A stretch of 64,000 bases of DNA from a bacterium (GTDB taxonomy: Bacteria > Gemmatimonadota > Gemmatimonadetes > Gemmatimonadales > Gemmatimonadaceae). The stretch is taken from the NCBI GenBank assembly GCA_021813725.1, contig JAKAJN010000001.1, positions 12,990 through 76,989 of the forward strand, written 5' to 3'. The translations under genes and the position numbers were made by a program. This document shows positions 25,014 to 33,225 of this stretch, piece by piece. Position 1 is the stretch's first letter; every line of letters begins with the position of its first letter. The notes under the pieces were generated by a model. That model was not told the origin of the DNA and ran no database searches. It was given only the letters and a program-made list of their open reading frames with translations.

Positions 25014-26108
25014 ATGACGACCGTCTGGTTCGCCGGTGGCGGCACGGGTGGACACCTGTATCCTGGGCTCGCCATCGCCCGCGCACTGCGCCAGGCGCGC
25101 CCGGAGATACGGGCACATTTCATCGGCGCCCGGCGCGGCATCGAGCGCGATGTGCTGCCGGCGACGGAGTTCGATCACACACTGCTCGACCTGCATCCGC
25201 TGTACCGGCCTCGACTCTGGAAGAACTGGCGCACCCTTCTCGGGGCGGTGGGGGCGTGGCGGGCGCTGGCGCGGCTCGAACGCGAACAGCACCCGCGCCT
25301 CGTCGTCGGCACCGGAGGGTACGCCTCCGGTCTGACGATGTTGTTCGCGTGGCAGCGCGGCATTCCCATCGTTCAGCACATCGGCGACGCGCATCCCGGC
25401 ATCACGGCGCGCCTGAGCGCGCGCTTCACGCGCGAGGCGTACCTCGGCTTTCCCGAGGCCGCCGACACGCTGCCACACGGAGCGTGCCGCTATCTCGACA
25501 CCGGCAACCCGATATCACCGCCCCCCGCGATTCATCCCGATCCGCGCCGGGCGCGCGAGCGATGGGGCTTTCCGGCGAGTGCGCGCGTGCTGCTGGTCTT
25601 CGGGGGAAGCCAGGGGGCACGGGCGCTCAACCGGACGATGGCGTCGTGGGTGGAGGCCGGAATCCCGGCCGAGCTGTGCGTCATCTGGGCGACGGGGAAG
25701 GGGCAGCATGAGGCCTTCGCGCAGCATGATCGCGCCGACGTGCGCGTCGTCCCGTACCTCGATCCGATTGCCGATGCCTACGCGGCGTGCGATCTCGCGC
25801 TGGTGCGGGCCGGGATGATGGGGACGAGCGAGCTGTCGGCGTGGGGCATCCCGATGATCCTCGTGCCACTCCCGTCAGCGGCGGCCGATCATCAGACGAA
25901 GAACGCCGAGGCGATTGCGCGTGCCGGCGCGGGAGTGCACCTGCCGCAGCGAGAACTTGATGTCGCGCGGCTCGATGGCCTCGTGCGGGACCTGCTGGGC
26001 GCACCGAACCGACTGCAGGCGATGGCCGACGCGGCACGGACGCGGGGCCGTCCGCACGCGGCCGCGGAGATTGCGCAGCGCATCAGCGCACTGCTGGGGC
26101 CTCAGTAG
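25014..26108 (+). CDS. murG: Lipid II synthase MurG
   Basis: The N-terminus is MTTVWFAGGGTGGHLYPGLAIA and a GT28 C-terminal domain is present. The start was chosen at the internal ATG of track ORF 24957..26108. Confidence 0.9.
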   Translation: MTTVWFAGGGTGGHLYPGLAIARALRQARPEIRAHFIGARRGIERDVLPATEFDHTLLDLHPLYRPRLWKNWRTLLGAVGAWRALARLEREQHPRLVVGTGGYASGLTMLFAWQRGIPIVQHIGDAHPGITARLSARFTREAYLGFPEAADTLPHGACRYLDTGNPISPPPAIHPDPRRARERWGFPASARVLLVFGGSQGARALNRTMASWVEAGIPAELCVIWATGKGQHEAFAQHDRADVRVVPYLDPIADAYAACDLALVRAGMMGTSELSAWGIPMILVPLPSAAADHQTKNAEAIARAGAGVHLPQRELDVARLDGLVRDLLGAPNRLQAMADAARTRGRPHAAAEIAQRISALLGPQ

Positions 26109-27518
26109 ATGCCACTCGTTGATCGCACCGACCCGCGTCCCGTCCACTTCATCGGCGTTGCCGGTGCCGGGATGAGCGCGCTGGCGGAACTGCTGGTGCG
26201 GCGCGGAATGCGCGTCACCGGCTGCGATCAGAACGTTGCCGGCGCAGGCGATCTCGAGCAGCTGGGCGTTCCCGTGCTGACCGGGCACGACGTGGCGCAT
26301 CTCGATGGGGCGCGCGCGGCGGTGTTCACCAGCGCGATGCCGAAAGACCATCCGGAACTTGTCGGCGCCCGCGCGCGCGGCGTGCCGCTTGTGCGGCGCG
26401 CGGAGGCGCTGGCCGAATGCTGCGCGGGCGGCACGCTGATTGGCATCGCGGGAACGCACGGCAAGAGCACCACGACGGTGATGACCACGGAGGTGCTGAC
26501 GGCGGCCGGACTCTCGCCCACGGGCGTGGTGGGCGCGCGGGTCACCGCGTGGGGCGGCAACCTCAAGTACGGCGGCGAGTCGGCGTTCGTGGTGGAGGCC
26601 GATGAGTACGACCGGTCGTTTCTCGCGCTGTGGCCGCAGGTGGCCGTGGTGACGAATGTCGAAGCCGATCATCTCGACATCTACGCCGACCTCGACGACA
26701 TCACGCGCACGTTCGCCGAGTTCGTCGGACGTGCGCGCTGGGTGGTGCTGTGCGCCGACGACCCTGGCGCGAATGCGATGCCATCGCCGGCGACGTCCGA
26801 AGTGATCCGCTACGGCATCACCAGTCCCGATGCGCGTCTGCGGGCCGTCAACCTGCGCCCGGCGGCGGGGGGCACGACGTTCGATGTCGAGTTTGACGGC
26901 AAGGCGCTCGGGGCGGTGGCGCTCGCGCTGCCCGGGGAGCACAACGTGCGCAACGCGCTGGCCGCACTCGCGGTGGGCATTGGCACGTTCGGCCTGCAGG
27001 TGTCGCAGATGGCTCCCGGGCTTGCGGCGCTCGCCGGCGCCGAGCGGCGCTTCCAGCGGCTGGGTGCGGTGCGCGGCGTCGAGCTTATTGACGATTACGC
27101 CCATCATCCCACCGAACTGCGCGCCACGCTCGCGGCCGCCCGCGGCGCCTTCCCGGGCCGTCGCATCGTGGCCTGCTTCCAGCCGCACCTCTTCAGTCGC
27201 ACGCGCGACTTTGCCACCGAGTTCGGCGAGGCACTCGCGGCGGCCGATGCGCTGTTTCTGTGCGATATCTATCCGGCGCGCGAGCAGCCGATGCCCGGTG
27301 TGACGTCACAGCTGATTGCGGACGCCATGGTGCGCTTCTCGCATGCCCCCACGTGGATGGGGCCGCGCCCGGATGTGGCCGCGGCGATCGCCCGATTTGT
27401 GCAGACCGGGGACGTCGTGCTGACGATTGGGGCGGGGGATGTGACGAAGACGGGGCCGGAGCTCCGTGCGCTCCTGTCGAGCCCGCTGTTTCCGCCTCGC
27501 GGCGCGAGTCGTCTATAG
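26109..27518 (+). CDS. murC: UDP-MurNAc:L-Ala ligase MurC
   Basis: HFIGVAGAGMSALAE and GIAGTHGKSTTT are present. Confidence 0.9.
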   Translation: MPLVDRTDPRPVHFIGVAGAGMSALAELLVRRGMRVTGCDQNVAGAGDLEQLGVPVLTGHDVAHLDGARAAVFTSAMPKDHPELVGARARGVPLVRRAEALAECCAGGTLIGIAGTHGKSTTTVMTTEVLTAAGLSPTGVVGARVTAWGGNLKYGGESAFVVEADEYDRSFLALWPQVAVVTNVEADHLDIYADLDDITRTFAEFVGRARWVVLCADDPGANAMPSPATSEVIRYGITSPDARLRAVNLRPAAGGTTFDVEFDGKALGAVALALPGEHNVRNALAALAVGIGTFGLQVSQMAPGLAALAGAERRFQRLGAVRGVELIDDYAHHPTELRATLAAARGAFPGRRIVACFQPHLFSRTRDFATEFGEALAAADALFLCDIYPAREQPMPGVTSQLIADAMVRFSHAPTWMGPRPDVAAAIARFVQTGDVVLTIGAGDVTKTGPELRALLSSPLFPPRGASRL

Positions 27519-27523
27519 ATGTC

Positions 27524-28234
27524 ATGCCCGACTCTGCCGCCGCTCCCTCCGCGTTTCGCCGACATGCGCGGCGCGCGCTGGTCGTCGTGGCGGGGATTGC
27601 CGTCCTGGCGCTTCCCTTCGCCGCGCGCGAAGTCGCGCGTCACCTAAGCTTCTTCCGGGCGCGCACGGTGGAGATCGAGGGGGCGCGTTACATCGCCCCC
27701 GACCAGATCGTTTCGCGAATGAGGGTGGATACCGCGGCGTCCATCTGGGACGACGCGGCGGGATGGGAACGACGGATCGCGTCGCATCCGCAGGTGCGCG
27801 AGGTGCGCATTTCGCGGCAGCTGCCCGGAACGCTCGTGGTGCACATCACCGAGGTGCCGCCGGTGGCGTTGGTGCCGGGCGGGGCGGGGCTGACGCCGTA
27901 CGACGCGTCGGGCCGTCCGCTGCCGATCGATCCGACGGCGGTGGATCTCGACCTTCCCGTCGTGCCGGCCCGCGACGTGGCGGCGTTGCGCCTGCTGGGC
28001 GAGGTGCGCGATTCCGCCCCGCAGCTGTATGCGCGCATCAACGACGTGCGGCGTCTGCCGCGCGGCGAGCTCCTGCTGCAAGTGGACTCACTGAACGTGC
28101 TCGGCGCCCGCGATCTGTCGGCGGCGCGCCTGTCGGACATCCTGCCGGTCGAACGCGACCTCGCGCGCCGTGGGCGCCGCGCCGTCGAGCTCGACCTGCG
28201 CTACCGTGACCAGGTCATCGCCAGACTCCCATGA
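27524..28234 (+). CDS. ftsQ: Cell division protein FtsQ (POTRA)
   Basis: A TM helix (ALVVVAGIAVLALPF) is followed by a POTRA-like segment, FRARTVEIEGARYIAPDQI. The gene sits between murC and ftsA. Confidence 0.7.
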   Translation: MPDSAAAPSAFRRHARRALVVVAGIAVLALPFAAREVARHLSFFRARTVEIEGARYIAPDQIVSRMRVDTAASIWDDAAGWERRIASHPQVREVRISRQLPGTLVVHITEVPPVALVPGGAGLTPYDASGRPLPIDPTAVDLDLPVVPARDVAALRLLGEVRDSAPQLYARINDVRRLPRGELLLQVDSLNVLGARDLSAARLSDILPVERDLARRGRRAVELDLRYRDQVIARLP

Positions 28235-29496
28235 ACCTCGACCGCCTCGTCGCCGGACTCGACATCGGCTCGGCCAAGACCACCGCGATCATCGCGGAAG
28301 TCGTGGGCGACCTGCCCAAGCATCCCACGGTCAACATCCTTGGCGTCGGCCAGGCGCGCACCACCGGCATGCGCCGCGGGGTCGTGGCCGACATCGAGGA
28401 GACGACGCGCTGCATCAACAAGGCGCTCGCCGACGCTGAGCAAATGGCGGGGGCGAAGGTGGAGCACGTCTTCTGCGGCATCGCCGGCGAGCATGTGCAG
28501 GCGGTGACCAGCAAGGGGATCGCCTCGGTCACTGGCGCGGAGATCTCGCGCAACGACGTGGAGCGCGCCAATGCGGTCGCGCGCGCGCAGCCGATCGCGC
28601 AGGATCGCGAGCTGATCCACGCGATTCCGCAGGAATACACCGTGGACAAGAACCTCGGCATCCGCGATCCGATCGGGATGATCGGGACGCGGCTGGAGAC
28701 CGAGATGTACCTGGTGACGATTGGCTCCTCGCCGGCGATGAACCTGCGCAAGAGCGTGGAACGGGCCGGGTACAAGGTGCAGGAACTGGTGCTCGAGCCG
28801 CTGGCGGCCGCGCTCAGCGTGCTGACCGAGGACGAGAAGGAGCTGGGCGTCGCGCTCGTCGAAGTGGGGGCCGGCACCACCGACCTCGCCGTCTTCCACG
28901 AGGGGAAGATCCGACACCTCGGCACCATCGGGTACGGCGGCAACAATGTGTCGAGCGACATCGTGCACGGCCTCGGGGTGACGCAGACCGATGCCGAGCG
29001 CCTCAAGGAGGCGTACGGCTGTGCGTACGAGCCGATGGTGCAGCACGGCGACGTGATTCGCCTGCCGAGCACGGTGGCGCAGGGCGACCGCCAGATACCG
29101 CGCGAACTGCTGGCGCACATCATCCATCAGCGGACGAGCGAGATCTACGAGCTGGCGGTGCGCGACATCGAGGAGGCCGGCTTCCTGAAGCGCCTGGCCG
29201 CGGGAGTGGTGGTGACGGGGGGCGTGGCGGCGATGCCCGGCATGGCCGAGCTCGCCAGTGAAGTGTTCGGCATCGGGACGCGGGTGGGGCTGCCGGGCGA
29301 GTTCCTCGGCGGTCTGGCCGACAGCGTGCAGGCGCCGCGCTATGCCACGGCGGTGGGGCTCGTGCAGTACGGTGCGGGGCGCGTGGCGCAGGGGGCGATG
29401 TCGGCGAAGGGGAAGCGGCTCAGCATGAGCGACGCGGCGCCGACGTTTGCGGGGTTGGCGGGGAAGGTGAAGAACTATCTGCAGGATTTCTTCTAG
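28231..29496 (+). CDS. ftsA: Actin-like cell division protein FtsA
   Basis: GLDIGSAKTTAIIAEV, VEVGAGTTDLAVF and VVVTGGVAAMPG are present. Confidence 0.9.
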   Translation: MNLDRLVAGLDIGSAKTTAIIAEVVGDLPKHPTVNILGVGQARTTGMRRGVVADIEETTRCINKALADAEQMAGAKVEHVFCGIAGEHVQAVTSKGIASVTGAEISRNDVERANAVARAQPIAQDRELIHAIPQEYTVDKNLGIRDPIGMIGTRLETEMYLVTIGSSPAMNLRKSVERAGYKVQELVLEPLAAALSVLTEDEKELGVALVEVGAGTTDLAVFHEGKIRHLGTIGYGGNNVSSDIVHGLGVTQTDAERLKEAYGCAYEPMVQHGDVIRLPSTVAQGDRQIPRELLAHIIHQRTSEIYELAVRDIEEAGFLKRLAAGVVVTGGVAAMPGMAELASEVFGIGTRVGLPGEFLGGLADSVQAPRYATAVGLVQYGAGRVAQGAMSAKGKRLSMSDAAPTFAGLAGKVKNYLQDFF

Positions 29497-29551
29497 AGAA
29501 ACAGCAGAGATACAACCGAGAGAAAACCGAGAGAAAGCAGAGCGAGCGAGG
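29497..29551. repeat. Five degenerate 11-bp purine-rich tandem units starting at the first nt after the ftsA stop
   Basis: The units are AGAAACAGCAG, AGATACAACCG, AGAGAAAACCG, AGAGAAAGCAG and AGCGAGCGAGG. They resemble the complement of the array upstream of rsmH. Confidence 0.85.
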
Positions 29552-29573
29552 GATTGCGCGGGGGCAGTTATCA

Positions 29574-29591
29574 TTCTAACATTCGTTAGAA
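29574..29591. promoter_or_regulatory. Candidate ArsR-type operator: perfect inverted repeat TTCTAAC-ATTC-GTTAGAA overlapping the ATG of the ArsR-rhodanese gene
   Basis: Read directly from the sequence. It lies in a locally AT-rich patch in an otherwise high-GC region. Confidence 0.4.
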
Positions 29592-30307
29592 TGAAAGATC
29601 ATCGCGGCGGGAGTCGCGCGGCGAAGGCCGCGTTGTACGAACAGTTCGCGCGCATTGGCCAGGCGCTCGCCAGCCCCGCGCGCATGGAGCTGATCGACCT
29701 GCTGGCACAGGCCGAGCAGCATGTGGAGCAGCTCAGTCGGCAGGCGAACCTGTCGGTGAAGAACACCAGCGCCCATCTGCGCGTGCTGCGCGCGGCGCGT
29801 CTCGTCGACTCGCGGCGCGAGGGAAAGTTCGTCATCTACCGGCTCGCCGGCCCGGATGTCGGCGCCCTCGCGCGCGCGCTCATTGCGGTCGCGCGCGACC
29901 GGCTCGCCGAGGTGGCGCAGATCTCCAACGCATTCTTCCACGCCCGTGACACGTTGAACCCGGTCGGCTTGGGCGAGTTGCGGCGCCTGATGCGCCGGGC
30001 CGATGTCGTGCTCCTCGACGTGCGGCCCGGCGAAGAATTCGCGGCCGGGCACCTGCGTGGCGCGCGCAATGTGCCCCTGGCCCGCCTGCGCGCCACGCTC
30101 GCCGAATTGTCCCCCGCGTGCGAGATCGTGGCGTACTGCCGCGGCCCGTACTGCGTCCTGGCCCCGGACGCTGTGGCATTGCTCCGCCGCCGGGGCTTTC
30201 ACGCCCGGAGACTCGACGTCGGGTTTCCCGAGGCGCGCGACGCCGGATTCGCCGTCGCGGTCCTGCCGGCCGCATCGCCGTCTTCCCCTGCCGTCACCCC
30301 GCCATGA
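29591..30307 (+). CDS. ArsR/SmtB-family transcriptional regulator fused to a rhodanese domain
   Basis: The winged HTH reads ARMELIDLLAQAEQHVEQLSRQANLSVKNTSAHLRVLRAARLV..FVIYRL. The C-terminal rhodanese reads VVLLDVRPGEEFAAGHLRGARNVP..AYCRGPYC. Confidence 0.8.
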   Translation: MKDHRGGSRAAKAALYEQFARIGQALASPARMELIDLLAQAEQHVEQLSRQANLSVKNTSAHLRVLRAARLVDSRREGKFVIYRLAGPDVGALARALIAVARDRLAEVAQISNAFFHARDTLNPVGLGELRRLMRRADVVLLDVRPGEEFAAGHLRGARNVPLARLRATLAELSPACEIVAYCRGPYCVLAPDAVALLRRRGFHARRLDVGFPEARDAGFAVAVLPAASPSSPAVTPP

Positions 30308-30654
30308 AAACCTTGTTCATCCTGAATGACCCGCCCTACGGCACCGAACGCACGTACAATGGGCTGCGCCTCGCCAACTCGTTGGCGAAGCGGCCCGGCG
30401 AGGACGTGCGCGTCTTTCTCATGGGCGATGCCGCCAGCGCGGCCAAGGCGGGCCAGCAAACGGCGAACGGATTCTACAACCTCGAGCGCATGCTCGCGGG
30501 AGCGGCGCGGGCCGGCGTGTCCATTGGCATCTGCGGCACCTGCATGGACGCCCGGGGCATCGGCGCTGCCGAACTCGTTGCCGGCGCCACCCGCAGTTCA
30601 CTCGACGAACTGACCGACTGGACGCAGTGGTCCGATCGCGTGCTGGTGTTCTGA
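30304..30654 (+). CDS. DsrE/DsrF/TusD-like sulfur-relay family protein
   Basis: MKTLFILNDPPYGTERTYNGLRLA...ICGTCMDARG is present. The start overlaps the previous stop (ATGA). Confidence 0.75.
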   Translation: MKTLFILNDPPYGTERTYNGLRLANSLAKRPGEDVRVFLMGDAASAAKAGQQTANGFYNLERMLAGAARAGVSIGICGTCMDARGIGAAELVAGATRSSLDELTDWTQWSDRVLVF

Positions 30655-30657
30655 CCC

Positions 30658-31827
30658 ATGCCCACGCGCCGTGTGATCGTGGTCGGGGCGGGAGTGGGCG
30701 GCGTGGTGGCCGCCCGCCGCCTGCGCAAATTGCTCTCCGCGCGCGACGAGATCGTCGTCGTCGATCGCGCGGCCGAGGCGGCATTCGCGCCGTCGTTCCC
30801 GTGGCTCGTGACCGGGGCGCGGACGGCGTCGGCGGTGACGGCTCGGCTTGGCACGCTGCTGGGGCGCTCCATCCGCGTCGTGCATGGCGAAGTCGTGGCG
30901 CTCGACCCCGTCGCGCGGCGCGTCACCGTCGGCGACCGTGAGCTCGATGCCGATGCGCTGATCGTGGCGTTGGGCGCGGAACTCGCCCCCGAGACTATTC
31001 CGGGGCTGGCCGCGTTCGGCCACAACCTGTACGACGCTGCCGGCGCCACGGCGATGCACGCGGCGTTGCGGCAGTTGCGATCCGGTCGTGTCGTGATCCT
31101 GACCGCTGCACCGGCGTACAAGTGCCCGGCGGCACCGTACGAGACGGCCATGCTGATCGACGCCTGGCTGCGGCGCCAGGGACGACGAGCGCAGGTGGAG
31201 GTGGACGTCATCGCCGCGGAGGCCGCGCCGATGCCGGCGGCTGGTCCCGCGATCGGCGTCGCGGTCAGCGGCATGCTGGCCGCCAAGCGCATCGGATACA
31301 CTCCGGGACGGCAGGTCGTCCACGTGAATCCCGCCGCGGGTTCGCTGCAGTTCGACGATGGACGTGTGGAGCAGGTGGACCTGCTCGGCTACGTGCCGCC
31401 GCACCGGGCGCCCGGGTGCGTGCGAGGGTCGGTGCTTGCCGGCGCCGGGGGCTGGATTGCCGCCGACCGCGCGACGTTGGAGACGACGTTTCCGGGCGTG
31501 TACGCAATTGGCGACGTGACGAGCATTCCGCTCGCGAGCGGCCGGCCGCTCCCGAAGGCCGGCGTGTTCGCGCACCGCCAGGCGGACGTCGTCGCGGCGA
31601 ACCTCGCCCACGCCTGGACCGGGCGTGGTGCTCCTGCCGCGTTCGACGGACACGGCGCCTGTTTCGTCGAGACCGGCGACGGCCGCGCCGGCTACGGCGC
31701 CGGGAACTTCTACGCGGAACCGGCGCCGGGCATTGTCCTGCGGCAACCGTCGCGCATTGCCCACTGGGGCAAGGTCGCGTACGAACGTCTCTGGCTGCGC
31801 GGCATTGTGGTGGGACTTCCGGGATAG
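30658..31827 (+). CDS. Sulfide:quinone oxidoreductase-like FAD-dependent oxidoreductase
   Basis: Rossmann motif VIVVGAGVGGVVAA, candidate redox cysteines in YKCPAAPYE and GHGACFVE, and the sulfur-gene context support the call. Confidence 0.7.
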   Translation: MPTRRVIVVGAGVGGVVAARRLRKLLSARDEIVVVDRAAEAAFAPSFPWLVTGARTASAVTARLGTLLGRSIRVVHGEVVALDPVARRVTVGDRELDADALIVALGAELAPETIPGLAAFGHNLYDAAGATAMHAALRQLRSGRVVILTAAPAYKCPAAPYETAMLIDAWLRRQGRRAQVEVDVIAAEAAPMPAAGPAIGVAVSGMLAAKRIGYTPGRQVVHVNPAAGSLQFDDGRVEQVDLLGYVPPHRAPGCVRGSVLAGAGGWIAADRATLETTFPGVYAIGDVTSIPLASGRPLPKAGVFAHRQADVVAANLAHAWTGRGAPAAFDGHGACFVETGDGRAGYGAGNFYAEPAPGIVLRQPSRIAHWGKVAYERLWLRGIVVGLPG

Positions 31828-31871
31828 ACGCGCCCGCAAACGCCGCGGGGCCGGTCGTCCAGCGACATCTC

Positions 31872-31907
31872 ACAAATCTGCGCCACGACTTCGGCGCGTG
31901 GATTTGT
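31872..31907 (+). terminator. Candidate intrinsic terminator of the sulfur operon
   Basis: The composite stem is ACAAATC/GATTTGT plus GCGCC/GGCGC around the loop ACGACTTC. A T-rich stretch (..GCTTTT) follows. Confidence 0.45.
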
Positions 31908-31942
31908 CTCGATTGCTTTTCCGTCCGTCGCTCGTCCACTCA

Positions 31943-31971
31943 TTGGTACGATACGCGCCGAAGCGTATATT
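31943..31971 (+). promoter_or_regulatory. Candidate sigma70-like promoter for ftsZ
   Basis: TTGGTA, a 17-nt spacer and TATATT are present, with the -10 element ending 48 nt upstream of the ftsZ ATG, in an AT-enriched intergenic region. Confidence 0.35.
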
Positions 31972-32019
31972 TCCGCGTCCGATCTCGTCCCCTGAACATC
32001 GCGACGGAGCCAACCCCGC

Positions 32020-33225
32020 ATGCCACTGAACTTCGAACTCGAGCAGAGTGCGCCCACTGGCGGCGCCCGCATGAAGGTGGTGGGCGTGGGAGGCGGCGGC
32101 GGTAATGCGGTCAACCGCATGATCGAGGAGCAGCTCGAGGGCGTGGAGTTCATCTCCGTCAACACCGACGCGCAGGCGCTGCTCAACTCGAAGTCCGACG
32201 TCAAGATCCAGATCGGCAAGAAGCTCACCCGCGGACTCGGCGCCGGCGCGCGCCCCGAGATCGGACGTCAGGCCATTGAGGAGAATCGCGACGAAGTCGC
32301 GCGCGTGATGAGCAACAGCGACCTCGTGTTCGTGACCTGCGGCATGGGGGGCGGCACGGGCACGGGCGCGGCACCGGTTGTCGCCGAGCTCGCGCGCGAG
32401 TCGGGCTCGCTCGTCGTCGGCATTGTCACGAAGCCCTTCCTGTTCGAGGGGCGCAAGCGGATGCGGCAGGCCGAAGAGGGGATCGAGGAGCTCCGCAAGT
32501 ACGTCGACACGATGATCGTCGTCCCCAATGAGCGGCTGCTCGCGGTGGTCGGCAAGAACATCCCGTTCCAGGACGCGCTCAAGAAGGCCGACGAAGTGCT
32601 GCTGCGCGCCACGGAGGGCATCTCCGGTCTTGTGACGAAGTGCGGCATCATCAACGTCGACTTCGCCGACGTACGCACCGTGATGAAGGACGGCGGCGCC
32701 GCCATCATGGGCACTGGCGTGGGCTCGGGCGAGAACCGCGCGGTGGAAGCCGCGCAGATCGCCCTCTCGAGCCCGCTCCTCGACAACGTCTCCATTGCCG
32801 GCGCCACCGGCGTGCTGGTCAACATCACGGGCGGCGATGGCGAGCTGAGCTTCACCGACTTCACGACGGTTGGGCAGATCGTGCAGGAAGCGGTGGGCGA
32901 GGAGTCAAACATCATCATTGGGGCCGGGGTGGAGCCGGCAATGGTGGGGCAGGTGCGCGTCACCGTCGTGGCGACGGGCTTCGAACGCGCCGCCGCGCAG
33001 ACGGGGCGCGGCGTGCAGGGGCGCGGCGTGCAGGGGCGCGCGGGTGCCACGCCGGTCATTCCGATTACCGAGGCCGGGGTGCGCCCGCGTCCCGTCATCG
33101 GTGGCTCGTATCAGGGCGGCTCGGCCATGCCGGCGCCGCGCGCGCGCCCCGCGGCTGAACCGCGCCGCATCGAGGATCTCAGCGACATGGAGATCCCGAC
33201 CTTCATCCGGAGACAGATGGACTGA
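32020..33225 (+). CDS. ftsZ: Cell division GTPase FtsZ
   Basis: GVGGGGGNAVNRM, GGGTGTGAAPVVA and the C-terminal peptide DMEIPTFIRRQ are present. Confidence 0.95.
   Translation: MPLNFELEQSAPTGGARMKVVGVGGGGGNAVNRMIEEQLEGVEFISVNTDAQALLNSKSDVKIQIGKKLTRGLGAGARPEIGRQAIEENRDEVARVMSNSDLVFVTCGMGGGTGTGAAPVVAELARESGSLVVGIVTKPFLFEGRKRMRQAEEGIEELRKYVDTMIVVPNERLLAVVGKNIPFQDALKKADEVLLRATEGISGLVTKCGIINVDFADVRTVMKDGGAAIMGTGVGSGENRAVEAAQIALSSPLLDNVSIAGATGVLVNITGGDGELSFTDFTTVGQIVQEAVGEESNIIIGAGVEPAMVGQVRVTVVATGFERAAAQTGRGVQGRGVQGRAGATPVIPITEAGVRPRPVIGGSYQGGSAMPAPRARPAAEPRRIEDLSDMEIPTFIRRQMD

Noticed and set aside
29591-31827. Calling the sulfur operon a mobile element.
   Set aside because: No transposase, integrase or terminal inverted or direct repeats are seen. 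Only its unusual position supports an insertion, so it is reported as a finding and not as a mobile-element feature.
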